Part shown: positions 26,661 to 36,400 of the stretch, piece by piece
Numbering within the stretch: position 1 is the stretch's first letter
Layout of the letters: the number at the start of each line of letters is the position of its first letter
DNA from: a virus
IMG/VR virus record: IMGVR_UViG_3300030333_002570
Span: 32,001 to 96,000 of that record
Strand: one strand, 5' to 3'
Length of the DNA: 64,000 nt
Made by a program: the position numbers and the translations under genes
Notes under the pieces: model-generated
Database searches by the model: none
The model's input: the letters and a program-made list of their open reading frames with translations, nothing else
What the model was told of the DNA's origin: nothing

Positions 26661-26978
26661 ATGAGAGTTATTGAAAAGAACATGTGCAGAGCGATTTCTA
26701 ACAAGAAACCCTTCTCATCTTCCAACACTTCAGTAACATTTTCCGCAGACAATTCTCAAGCATTTGTTTATCTTCACGGCAACCACATTGCAACGGTAAG
26801 TGATAACAATCTTCAAATATTTGATGGAGGTTGGCAATCAAATACCACGAAAAGTAGGTTGAACTCGTTATTAGAAACCTTCACAGGATTAGGCAGAGGT
26901 TTGTATCAACGAAACTGGCAATGGTTCGTACAAAGTAACAACAACCCCTTCTATTCTGGAATGATTTTTAATACTTGA
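26661..26978 (+). CDS. Conserved cyanophage hypothetical protein
   Basis: MRVIEKNMCRAI...VYLHGNHIA...DGGWQSNTTKSRLN...YQRNWQWFV motif. Confidence 0.7.
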   Translation: MRVIEKNMCRAISNKKPFSSSNTSVTFSADNSQAFVYLHGNHIATVSDNNLQIFDGGWQSNTTKSRLNSLLETFTGLGRGLYQRNWQWFVQSNNNPFYSGMIFNT

Positions 26979-27029
26979 CAAGATAAACAGTTTCTGTTAT
27001 ACTAGAGGGGTAAATAACCCCTCTTTTTT
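26975..27029 (+). promoter_or_regulatory. Consensus sigma70 promoter immediately followed by a terminator hairpin
   Basis: TTGACA(26975)-17 bp-TATACT(26998) with TGn; then AGAGGGGT-AAATA-ACCCCTCT-TTTTT. Confidence 0.7.
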
Positions 27030-27230
27030 ATGCCTAATTAACAAATAGTATGCCACTATCTATAAACATATACAGGGCAAATCGCAGTCCTGGTGGGGGT
27101 TCTTGGTCTTTTTTCCGGCCCTTATATTAAAAAAGCAAACTACCCTAACCTACAAAGGTTCCCCAGAGAGAGATATATTATGAAACATTTCTTGTCTCCT
27201 CTATATAAAAAAATCCTCCAGAAAAAAATT

Positions 27231-27443
27231 ATGTCCTTAGAGTTTTCACAAGCATTTCAAGATGAACGCACAAGAGTCTTAGAACATCTTGTACGTAGGG
27301 AAGGTCATTTAGATACTAGGATGTATGAATTCTCGCAAGATATCGCCGAGAAAGGAATATTTGAAGATGTCGAAGCACTATATACCTTGTGGGAGCAATG
27401 GAAGTCTAAGTTCCCAACCCCACAGATAATAAATCGCCTATAA
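27231..27443 (+). CDS. Hypothetical protein (start uncertain)
   Basis: MSLEFSQAFQDERTRVLEHL...RMYEF...WK; C-terminal part of track ORF 27093..27443. Confidence 0.5.
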   Translation: MSLEFSQAFQDERTRVLEHLVRREGHLDTRMYEFSQDIAEKGIFEDVEALYTLWEQWKSKFPTPQIINRL

Positions 27444-27447
27444 GAGT

Positions 27448-27609
27448 ATGAGCAAACGATTCACAACTAAATTGGATGAAGACGATTACGGCGATCTTGT
27501 TCTTACGATTCCATACGATATTTGTGAAGAGTTAGGTTGGAATACAGAAACACCTCTTCAATATGATGTCAATGAAGATGGATTTCACTTGAAGAAACAA
27601 GAAGAGTAA
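27448..27609 (+). CDS. AbrB/MazE-like small DNA-binding protein (not in ORF track)
   Basis: Hand translation MSKRFTTKLDEDDYGDLVLTIPYDICEELGWNTETPLQYDVNEDGFHLKKQEE fits the swapped-hairpin pattern (lxIPxxixxxLgw). Confidence 0.65.
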   Translation: MSKRFTTKLDEDDYGDLVLTIPYDICEELGWNTETPLQYDVNEDGFHLKKQEE

Positions 27610-27611
27610 TC

Positions 27612-27797
27612 ATGATTTACATACTATACAATGATGAGCATAAGATTGAAGGAGAGTTTTCCACAGTCGAGAAATTGGAGTCATATATGGATTCCATTCG
27701 AGAACATCGTAATGAGCGTTGGCCTAAGACACCAAGGATGACTTGTTTTGATTACATTAAGTCTATTGGATGGTTCTTTGATATAAAGGATGTATGA
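27612..27797 (+). CDS. Hypothetical protein
   Basis: 61 aa, coupled to the next gene. Confidence 0.55.
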   Translation: MIYILYNDEHKIEGEFSTVEKLESYMDSIREHRNERWPKTPRMTCFDYIKSIGWFFDIKDV

Positions 27798-28390
27798 ACC
27801 TTTTCCCTTCTATAGTACATTGTATCGATATTCCCGATTACAGTGAAATAAAAGGCAGCCTCATAGGTCAATTGCTCAAGGAGCGTGCCTTGGATCCACA
27901 AGGATTAAAGAAATCTAATTGTGGCGGGTGGCATTCGAGGACTAATCTACATCAAGACGATAATAGTATAGTAAAGGATACGATATTTGATAATGTCGCA
28001 TGGTATTTCTCTAGTAATAAGATTCTTAAGGAGAATTCTAGACTAGAGTTTACTGCTATGTGGACTATGATTAATGGTTTAAACAATTATAATGAGTACC
28101 ATATGCACTCTGGATCTGATATAGCAGGTGTATTTTGGATTAAGACACCAGAAGGTTGTGGAAATCTATATTTTAATTCTCCACATGCATATAATACTTT
28201 TGCTGAAGAGATGCATTATAGTGAAGAATATAAGAAAGAGAATAATTTTTATTCATCCTATTGGTTTCCTGCTACTGAAGGACGTATTATAATGTTTCCA
28301 TCATCTCTTTATCATTCGGTTAAACCTAATCAGTCTGGTTTAGAACGAATATCTGTATCTTTTAATATTACATTGTCAACTGATACATAA
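27794..28390 (+). CDS. Putative 2OG-Fe(II) oxygenase (TIGR02466-like)
   Basis: [18 protein letters not shown]...[13 protein letters not shown]...RISVSFNI. Confidence 0.85.
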   Translation: MNLFPSIVHCIDIPDYSEIKGSLIGQLLKERALDPQGLKKSNCGGWHSRTNLHQDDNSIVKDTIFDNVAWYFSSNKILKENSRLEFTAMWTMINGLNNYNEYHMHSGSDIAGVFWIKTPEGCGNLYFNSPHAYNTFAEEMHYSEEYKKENNFYSSYWFPATEGRIIMFPSSLYHSVKPNQSGLERISVSFNITLSTDT

Positions 28391-28412
28391 TATGGTTACC
28401 TTATATACAACT

Positions 28413-28709
28413 ATGGCTACCTATAATGTTACATTGATCGACACCGAAGGCAACGAAACGACATTTGAATGTCCTGAAGATGCCTATATACTGGACCAAG
28501 CAGATGAGGAGGGTGTAGATGCACCTTATTCATGCCGAGCAGGTGCTTGTAGTACTTGTGCTGGTAAAATTCTAGAAGGTACAGTTAACCAAGAGGAGCA
28601 ATCATTCTTGGATGATGATCAAGTAGAAGAAGGTTTTGTGTTAACTTGCGTTGCATATCCTACTTCTGATGTTAAAATACGTTTAGGCGAGGAGGAAAAC
28701 ATTTACTAA
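28413..28709 (+). CDS. petF: Plant-type [2Fe-2S] ferredoxin (auxiliary metabolic gene)
   Basis: MATYNVTL...[28 protein letters not shown]...[12 protein letters not shown]. Confidence 0.96.
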   Translation: MATYNVTLIDTEGNETTFECPEDAYILDQADEEGVDAPYSCRAGACSTCAGKILEGTVNQEEQSFLDDDQVEEGFVLTCVAYPTSDVKIRLGEEENIY

Positions 28710-28936
28710 TGGCTTTACACATGAGAGAACAACTATTGAGAGCAGTTTTAGCACATGCTCAAGGTGAAATTGAAAAACATAAGGTGAACGTTAACGTTTA
28801 TCTAGAAAATCCTGCAGGTATTGGAGAACATTCCGATATTACAGAGGCAATTCAGGTCGAATTAGATAAGATTGCTCGATATCATGATCAGATAGAGGTA
28901 ATCAACAAATATTTTAGGTCGCCTACAGAGAGATGA
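28709..28936 (+). CDS. Conserved cyanophage hypothetical protein
   Basis: LAHAQGEIEKHKVNVNVYLENPAGIGEHSDITEAI motif. Confidence 0.75.
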   Translation: MALHMREQLLRAVLAHAQGEIEKHKVNVNVYLENPAGIGEHSDITEAIQVELDKIARYHDQIEVINKYFRSPTER

Positions 28937-29029
28937 TCGTAGTTAATGGCGAGAATATTAGATTATTACTCGTCATGATACTAGGTGTTGTTTGGTTTTA
29001 CCTTTTAAATGAACAATTGAGGAAAAATA

Positions 29030-29197
29030 ATGAAGATTGATGGTATTTCCGACTGGGAAAAGGAATATCTTACTATGGATGTGACTATTTCTAAGAGAGA
29101 AAAGGAAATTCTTGAAGGTGCTGACATAAAATCCCATGAAGGGATGGTATATGGTAGAATGTATGCCGATTGGAAACGCAGAAAGGGGTATCCATGA
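29030..29197 (+). CDS. 55-aa hypothetical protein
   Basis: MKIDGISDWEKEYL...IKSHEGMVYGRMYADWK (hand-translated); GAGG RBS. Confidence 0.6.
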   Translation: MKIDGISDWEKEYLTMDVTISKREKEILEGADIKSHEGMVYGRMYADWKRRKGYP

Positions 29198-29320
29198 GGT
29201 TTCCTTACTGTAAATCCCATATGCTCGTTGTAGGTGGCAAGGCAACTCGTTGGTTTCCACCTATAGACCTTAGTACTATTGAGGATAAGATCACAAATTT
29301 GAAACTTAGAGGTTATTGGA

Positions 29321-29497
29321 ATGACTTATGATGAAGACAAGTTCATGAAAATGGACAAAGGTGAGTTAATTAGTGAATTATTACAGATTAGTTCTTTACT
29401 AGGTGGTACAATGCAAAGAGTAGAGACACTTAACTCTATGGGTAGATCATCTAAGAAAATTATTATTGAATACGATGTCAAGCAAAGAAAAGATTGA
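29321..29497 (+). CDS. 58-aa hypothetical protein
   Basis: MTYDEDKFMK...GGTMQRVETLNSMGRSSKKIIIEY (hand-translated). Confidence 0.55.
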   Translation: MTYDEDKFMKMDKGELISELLQISSLLGGTMQRVETLNSMGRSSKKIIIEYDVKQRKD

Positions 29498-29714
29498 TAA
29501 GTGGCAAGATAATCAAGAAGCACATGAAGCAATCAACATGTGTCTTGAAGCAATTGCTGGTAGATTAGTAGAGATAGAAAAACGTCTCCAAGAGCTCCCT
29601 ACACCTGATAAAACCTACTATCAACCACCAGATGAGGACAAAGATCTCGATTTATTCCAAAATTTTACTAAAATTTACGAAAAACTGGACAAAATCGAGA
29701 AAAAAGTGCTATAA
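29466..29714 (+). CDS. Hypothetical coiled-coil protein
   Basis: LEAIAGRLVEIEKRLQELPTP; start possibly internal (about 29475). Confidence 0.5.
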   Translation: MNTMSSKEKIDKWQDNQEAHEAINMCLEAIAGRLVEIEKRLQELPTPDKTYYQPPDEDKDLDLFQNFTKIYEKLDKIEKKVL

Positions 29715-29766
29715 TTAGTGTATTCGCCGCGAGCGATCCACATTTTAACGCAAATTAAGGTATTTT

Positions 29767-29913
29767 ATGGCAAAATCCGTTGCTTGGGGCTCAAATACGA
29801 ACTATATTGAGCCTAAACCCAAGAAAACCCGTCAAGGACGTTCTGCAAGAACAAAACTTTCAGCGACCTCACGGAACCATGCAAAAAAGAAGTATAGAGG
29901 ACAAGGAACATGA
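29767..29913 (+). CDS. 48-aa basic hypothetical protein
   Basis: MAKSVAWG...PKKTRQGRS...KKKYRGQGT; promoter TGGACA-18 bp-TATAAT at 29686-29715. Confidence 0.65.
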   Translation: MAKSVAWGSNTNYIEPKPKKTRQGRSARTKLSATSRNHAKKKYRGQGT

Positions 29914-30119
29914 TTCATTTTGCATCTGCTTCACTAAATCTTAACGAGGCATGGAACTTGTCTTGGTCAGAAGGCATCCAATTCATACTAGTACTTGCTT
30001 TTGTCTATTGGTTGAAGGTAAAAATTGATACACGAGCTGGTTTAGGTAAGAAAAAACTAAGACAGTTGAAGGGTGTTATAGTAGAGGCAATTAAAGAAGC
30101 CAACAATGAGGGCAAATAA
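29910..30119 (+). CDS. Small membrane protein
   Basis: Hydrophobic GIQFILVLAFVYWLKV segment. Confidence 0.6.
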   Translation: MIHFASASLNLNEAWNLSWSEGIQFILVLAFVYWLKVKIDTRAGLGKKKLRQLKGVIVEAIKEANNEGK

Positions 30120-30732
30120 AACTGATTTTAACCTGTTTCCTACTCCAGTAACCCACTGGAGAGGATTATTGAAGACTATAGAGGTTCAACCTATAGTCGA
30201 TTTTTGTAAGAACTATAAATCAGGTCAACATAATATGTTAGAAGGGGACGCAGTATGCTCTAGTGGCAGTACTCGTCCTCTTTCTCATACAGACAGTATT
30301 TTAAGAGAGATAGATAAAACCCTTGGTTTAGACCTTTCTGAGGCGTTAGAGGACGTTTTAAACAGGTATGCGAAGCAATATGGCATACAACCAGTAACTT
30401 TGACTAATAGTTGGTTTAACCTCCAATCTGAAGGGAGTGTCTTGAGACAACATAATCACCCCTTTAGTGTAATATCTGCTGCATTATTTGTTAATGCACC
30501 TAAGAATTGTAGTAAATTATATTTTGAAAATCCAAATCCTCATATAGAGTTTAATTATAGGTTGGATGAAAAAGGAAGAAATGAGAGTTTATATGAATAT
30601 TGGCATTTTGAACCAGAATCAGGAGATTTAGTGATATTTCCATCATGGTTAAAGCATGGATCGATGTATGAAAAGAATAATAGTACTGATAGACTAGTCA
30701 TAAGCGTAAATGCAGTTAGGAAAACCGACTAA
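30106..30732 (+). CDS. Putative 2OG-Fe(II) oxygenase (TIGR02466-like)
   Basis: SWFN...VLRQHNHPFSVISAALFV...GDLVIFPSWLKHG...RLVISVN. Confidence 0.85.
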   Translation: MRANKTDFNLFPTPVTHWRGLLKTIEVQPIVDFCKNYKSGQHNMLEGDAVCSSGSTRPLSHTDSILREIDKTLGLDLSEALEDVLNRYAKQYGIQPVTLTNSWFNLQSEGSVLRQHNHPFSVISAALFVNAPKNCSKLYFENPNPHIEFNYRLDEKGRNESLYEYWHFEPESGDLVIFPSWLKHGSMYEKNNSTDRLVISVNAVRKTD

Positions 30733-30756
30733 ATATAATTAGTTGTTATGTATTAA

Positions 30757-31041
30757 GTGACATATCAGGCTTTACCAGATGGATTATTCATTAATTCTAG
30801 TCAAGTTGCTGGCCAAGGTATATTTACCAATAAAGCACTAGAGATAGGTACTGATCTAGGCATGTCACACCTTATAATTGGTGATGAGATCATTAGGACA
30901 CCGTTAGGAGGGTTTATAAACCACTCTGACACTCCAAATTGTGAAAAATATATGATAGATAACCGTTATTATGTTCGAGTGATTAGATCGATTGTTCCTA
31001 TGGAAGAATTGTTTCTTAAGTACACCTTTTATACTGTATAA
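30757..31041 (+). CDS. Minimal SET-domain protein (putative lysine methyltransferase)
   Basis: GQGIFT...GGFINHSDTPNC...RSIVPMEELFLKY matches SET NHS/ELxxxY motifs. Confidence 0.75.
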   Translation: MTYQALPDGLFINSSQVAGQGIFTNKALEIGTDLGMSHLIIGDEIIRTPLGGFINHSDTPNCEKYMIDNRYYVRVIRSIVPMEELFLKYTFYTV

Positions 31042-31460
31042 TGGCATTAAAAGAAGTTTCAGGAACTAATACTAATTTATCCCGTGCATTTAAAGATATT
31101 GCTATGGGATTTCGTCGTAATACAGTTACTAAGGATACTGGTATTGTTAAGAACGAAAATTCTATTAAGCAATCAATAAGGAATTTAATACTTACACAAA
31201 AAGGCGAGAGATTAATGCAACCTGATGTTGGGTGCGAAGTCTTTACCCTTTTATTTGAACCCTTAGACCCTATGACAGCTGACGCAGTTAGGGATGAGAT
31301 CATAAATACTATTAATCAATATGAGCCTAGAGTTAGTCTTATAGATGTTACTGTCAATACAGTTGAAATCTATAACAAATTCGATGTTACTGTAGAATAT
31401 CGCATTGTCGGACAACCTATTGTTGAAGAAGTCGATTTCGTATTAAAGAGACCTGAGTAA
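31041..31460 (+). CDS. gp25: Baseplate wedge subunit gp25
   Basis: SIKQSIRNLILTQKGERLMQPDVG...INQYEPRV, the GPW/gp25 family signature. Confidence 0.92.
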   Translation: MALKEVSGTNTNLSRAFKDIAMGFRRNTVTKDTGIVKNENSIKQSIRNLILTQKGERLMQPDVGCEVFTLLFEPLDPMTADAVRDEIINTINQYEPRVSLIDVTVNTVEIYNKFDVTVEYRIVGQPIVEEVDFVLKRPE

Positions 31461-33460
31461 TGCAACCAAATAATCTTACAGCATTAGATTTTACTGATGT
31501 AAAAGCTTCTATTAAGTCCTATTTACGGACCAGGGAGGAATTTACTGATTATGATTTTGATGGTGCAGCTTTATCATACTTAATAGATGTTTTAGCTTAT
31601 AATACGTACTATACCGCATTTAATGCCAATATGTCATTGAATGAGGCGTTTTTACCTTCCGCTACTGTTCGTGATAACGTAGTAAATATTGCAAAACTAC
31701 TAAATTATGTTCCACGTTCTATTATTGCATCACAAGCAACGGTAAATTTAACGATTCAAACTAAGCAAACGAGTAATTCTTATCCAAGTACTATTACTCT
31801 TGCGAAAGGACCAGTTCTTTCAGGTGGAAAATACTTCTTTAACGTTACTGCACCTACTACAGCATCTGTTGATTCTGTTACAGGAATAGCGAATTTAAAC
31901 AATCTTGTATGTAAGCAGGGATCTATTGTATCTTTCTCTTATATTGTCAATACTTTCCAACAACAAACTTATGTAATTCCTTCTCCTAACTGCGATATAA
32001 GCACTTTAACTGTTAGGGTAAAGGCAAACGAATCTTCCACAACATCAGATTTATATAATAGAGTAGATACTGTAACCAATCTTACCGCTACATCTAGGGT
32101 ATTCTTCCTTTCTGAAGGAGAGGATATGCGTTATGAGATTAAATTTGGTGATGATAGTATAGGGCGTGCGTTAAAAGATGGTGAAGTTGTAACTTTAGAG
32201 TACTTAGTAACGGATGGTTCTGAAGCAAATGATATTAATAGGCTCTCATTTATTGGTCAACTTAGCGATTCTTTAGAGGCATCATACACTTCTTCAGATG
32301 CTACGCTAACCGTAGTTAGTAAATCTCAACTTGGTGCGGATGCTGAGTCAGTTGAATCTATTAAATACAATGCTCCACGGTATTATTCTTCTCAATATAG
32401 AGCAGTTACCGCACAAGATTACGCATTAATTACTAAAAAAGTATATGATAATGCAGATTCTGTAGTTGCATATGGAGGAGATTCATTAACACCACCTATT
32501 TACGGAAAAGTATACATTGCTATTAGAACAAAAACGGGATCGTTACTTAATGATCAGACGAAAAAGACTATTGCTGCGTCACTTAGAAACTATGCAATGG
32601 CATCTATTGACCCTGTAGTCATTGATCCAGATAATATCTACATATATCCGAAAGTTTTTGTTACTTATGATACTGGATGCGGATCTGATACATCAACAAT
32701 TAAGACTAATGTATCAACAGCTATCACTAGTTGGGCTGGACAAACGCAGATAAACAATTTTAATTCAACCTTTAGATCACAAGAGTTTGAAAAGGCGGTT
32801 ACATTAGCAGATAGATGCGTAACTGATGTGTCACTTCAGACTACAATTTTAAGGTACATCAATCCAATTACCAATTCAACCAACACATATACTATTTCTA
32901 CGGGATCAGCACTTTATAATAGTGCTCCTAGTTCAACTGATTCTACAACAACTACGACAACTAAGGAACCTATTCTATTGTCTGGAACTTTTAGAACTTC
33001 AGATAGACCAGGTATTGATCAACAATTTGAGGATGATGGTTTTGGTAAATTAAAAACCTTCTATAATACTGGAACTAGAAAGGTTTACACTAATACTAGT
33101 GCGGGTACAGTAAATTATGACACTGGAACAATTGCTTTTGGACCAGTTAATATAATTGGATCTGGATCTAACGTATCTACAACTGCTGTTACAGTTACTG
33201 ATTCTACTACAGGTGTTGGTAGTGTCACGGATGCGTCACTTCTTCCTACTGGATTGCAAATTCCTGTTCAGTTTATCCCAGCAAACTCTAGCAGTATTCC
33301 TGCTTCTACACCAGGAACTATTATTAATATTGTTCTTCCAGAGATAACAGTTGCTGCAATTGGAACTACACCACCTCCCACTATACCACTAAATAGTTTG
33401 ACACCAACAATCTTTGATCAAACACCATCAACGGTTGCAGTCACATCCAGTTCATCATAA
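31460..33460 (+). CDS. gp6: Baseplate wedge subunit gp6
   Basis: LDFTDVKASIKSYLR...YNTYY..FNANM...SAT.RDNVVNIAKLLNY; ESIKYNAP...RAVTAQDY; follows gp25. Confidence 0.92.
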   Translation: MQPNNLTALDFTDVKASIKSYLRTREEFTDYDFDGAALSYLIDVLAYNTYYTAFNANMSLNEAFLPSATVRDNVVNIAKLLNYVPRSIIASQATVNLTIQTKQTSNSYPSTITLAKGPVLSGGKYFFNVTAPTTASVDSVTGIANLNNLVCKQGSIVSFSYIVNTFQQQTYVIPSPNCDISTLTVRVKANESSTTSDLYNRVDTVTNLTATSRVFFLSEGEDMRYEIKFGDDSIGRALKDGEVVTLEYLVTDGSEANDINRLSFIGQLSDSLEASYTSSDATLTVVSKSQLGADAESVESIKYNAPRYYSSQYRAVTAQDYALITKKVYDNADSVVAYGGDSLTPPIYGKVYIAIRTKTGSLLNDQTKKTIAASLRNYAMASIDPVVIDPDNIYIYPKVFVTYDTGCGSDTSTIKTNVSTAITSWAGQTQINNFNSTFRSQEFEKAVTLADRCVTDVSLQTTILRYINPITNSTNTYTISTGSALYNSAPSSTDSTTTTTTKEPILLSGTFRTSDRPGIDQQFEDDGFGKLKTFYNTGTRKVYTNTSAGTVNYDTGTIAFGPVNIIGSGSNVSTTAVTVTDSTTGVGSVTDASLLPTGLQIPVQFIPANSSSIPASTPGTIINIVLPEITVAAIGTTPPPTIPLNSLTPTIFDQTPSTVAVTSSSS

Positions 33461-33472
33461 TTAGAGCATTAG

Positions 33473-36400
33473 ATGACAAGTATCAATAAGGTATCACAGG
33501 CAGTCGCTAGGCAGACTCCCGAATTTGTAGAGAACGATTATCCTCTCTTTACCAAATTTCTTGAATATTACTATCAATCTCAAGAAAAGACAGGTTTAGG
33601 TCAAAATATTCTTAATAACTTTCTTGGTTATTTGGATATTGATAAATTGGATATCAGTATATTAGATGGTGCAACAAAGGTAGTAGAAGCGATAAGTGCA
33701 ACGGATGATTCGATAGTTGTTGAAAGTATTGACCAGTTCCTTGATAATGATGGATCTGTTCTTATAGGTGATGAAGTAGTTTATTATGAAAAAGCGGTTC
33801 CTGGTCCTAATATTGCTCTAAGTCCAGGTGTTTCTTATGATCAAGTTAAATTAAAGTGGATTAACCTAGCAAGTCCTCTTTTAAGTTTTGATGATACTAC
33901 TAAGATATTCCCTTTAACATCTCAAGATAATCCTATTGCTCCACCTTCTGTACAACACTTGATTGTTAGTGTTTATGGTAAAGTTTTAATTCCTGGTACA
34001 GATTATAGTATTGAAGGAACAAATATTATATTTACGACTGCTCCTAGAACAAGAATTCCTGCTGATGATGCTTCTTCCACATATATTACCTATTTGAATG
34101 GTTTTAATGAGAATACAATCGTTCCTTTAGATAATATTTCTGGTAGTTTTGGTGAGAGTAAGAGACAATTTACTATTACTAGAAGTGGTGCAAGATATGA
34201 ACCTGTTGCTGATGAATATGTTCTTGCAGTTTATGATAATCGCCTATTAACTCCAAAAGTAGACTTTTTCCTTGATGGTGATCAGTTTATATTCTTAACT
34301 GCTCCATTAAACGGTAGATTCCTTTCATTGTATTCTATTGAAGCACCTATTCCTTCTTTTGGTGCTGGTGCAGTAGGTTATGCACGTATTAGTGACTCTG
34401 GAGAACTAACTGATATTTCTATCAGTAAAAATGGTTCTGGATATAAGTCTGAATATCCTCCACAAATTTCTATTAATACTGAAAATGGTAGTGGTGGTTC
34501 TGCAACTGCTCTTGTTAACGGTATTAAGTCAATATCTCTATTAGAAGGTGGTCAAGGTTATAGTAGTACCAACCCACCTGTAGTTCAAGTTCAAGCACCA
34601 ACTGCTCCTGGATCTACTGCTGCAACTGTAACTGCAACTGTAACTAATGGTGCTGTAAGTGACCTTAAAATCACTAATTCTGGTTCTGGATATACATTCA
34701 CACCTAGAATCACTTTCAAGCAACCTGGAGGTGCTGTATTAGGCGTTCCAACCATTACTAATGGACAAGTTACTGCTGTAAGTATTACTAATGCTGGTTT
34801 TGGATATACAACTGTTCCAACAATCTATATTGATGAACCAACTGGTACAAACCCAATTAAAGCAGCATTTCAGGCAGTTTTAAGTAGTCAAGGTGAAATT
34901 ACATCTATTAATATACTAAATGCTGGTCAAGGGTATACAACTACTCCTAGAATGGCAGTTATTGACCCAGTAGGTGCTCAAGTTCTTGAAACTACTGTTG
35001 ATAATCAAGGTAGAGTAATTAATATTGAATTATTAAGTGGTGGTGTAGGATATACTGATGTTCCTTCTGTTTATATTGTAGATAATAGAGTTGATGCTAC
35101 TGGTGGATATGCTGGTGGAACTGGTGCTGTAGCAACTGCATCAATCTTTAATGGACAAATTACAGATATTAATATTAGTGCTTTTGGTGGTGGATATAGT
35201 CAAACTTCTCCTCCTGTAGTTGTTATTCAAGCACCTCCTGCTGCTGAAGCATCTGCGGAGATTGGTTTGAATGAAGTTACTGGTTTTACAGTAAATCAAT
35301 CTGGTAGTGGGTATCAAAAGTCCCAATTAACTGGATGTGCTCGTGCTGCTTCGTCTATAACTTCATATACTGAAAGTGGTAACGCAGTATTTACAAATAA
35401 TACTAGTGCTGTTGCACATCCTGTAAATGAACCAATTAAGTGCTTAGATGCACTATTTGTTAAAAGATTACTCGATAAGTACACAGAACAGTATTTACCA
35501 GATGTTCCTACGTTAGATTATGCTAAAATTGACGTTAGAACAGCAATTAAGACAATTAAGGACTTTTATAGTTCTAAAGGAACATCATATAGTATTGGAT
35601 ACCTTTTTAAACTACTTTATGGTGAGACAGTAAGTATATCTTATCCTAAAGATCAAATTATCAAACCATCTGCTGCAACTTGGTCTATTGATACTATTTT
35701 GCGTGCTACTTTGGTTAGTGGTGATCCTACAAATATTCAAGATGGTCTTTTAACACAAGAAGCAGATATTGCTGACCTTAATGTTAAAGAAGCAAGTGCT
35801 CTTGTAGAAAATTATATTTCAATTAGAACTTCTGAAGTTACCATTTATGAATTGGTTCTTTCTGAAGAAACTATTGCTGGAACCTTTATTGTTCCATATA
35901 AGACAAAACTTGCAGAACCTTTAGGTAAAGAAGATAGTATTATTACAGTTGACTCTACTATTGGTTGGCCAGAAAGAAACGGTGAATTTATTATTGGAAG
36001 TTCAACTGATACTAGAGAAATTATTCAATATAAGGAAAAATCATTAAACCAGTTTATTGAGTGTACTAGATCAGTAAATGGTGTAGTTGAAGATTGGGAT
36101 TCTGCTACAGAGGTAAAATCAAACTTTAATGTTTATATTAATAAGGGAACTCCTCAAGAAGTAGTGATGAATATTGTTGGTATCGTTGATGCTCAACAAA
36201 CAACTCTTACTGATACTGGATCTTACTACTTACCAGGAGATAAATTAACAGTTTCTAAATTAGGTGGAACTGGAACTACTCCTGAACTTACAACTTGGTT
36301 GTATAATGTTAAAAAATTAATTAGTGTTACTAATGTAGCGTTTGGTGGTATTAATAACCAATCTGCAACTATTACTTGTGCTAATGATCACGGTCTTTTG

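Noticed and set aside
25680-29731. Recurring TCGCCG(A/C)G words (25680, 26514, 27343, 29724; also 13582)
   Set aside because: At least three lie in coding frames (Arg-Arg or Ile-Ala codons), spacing is irregular, and enrichment cannot be shown without counts.
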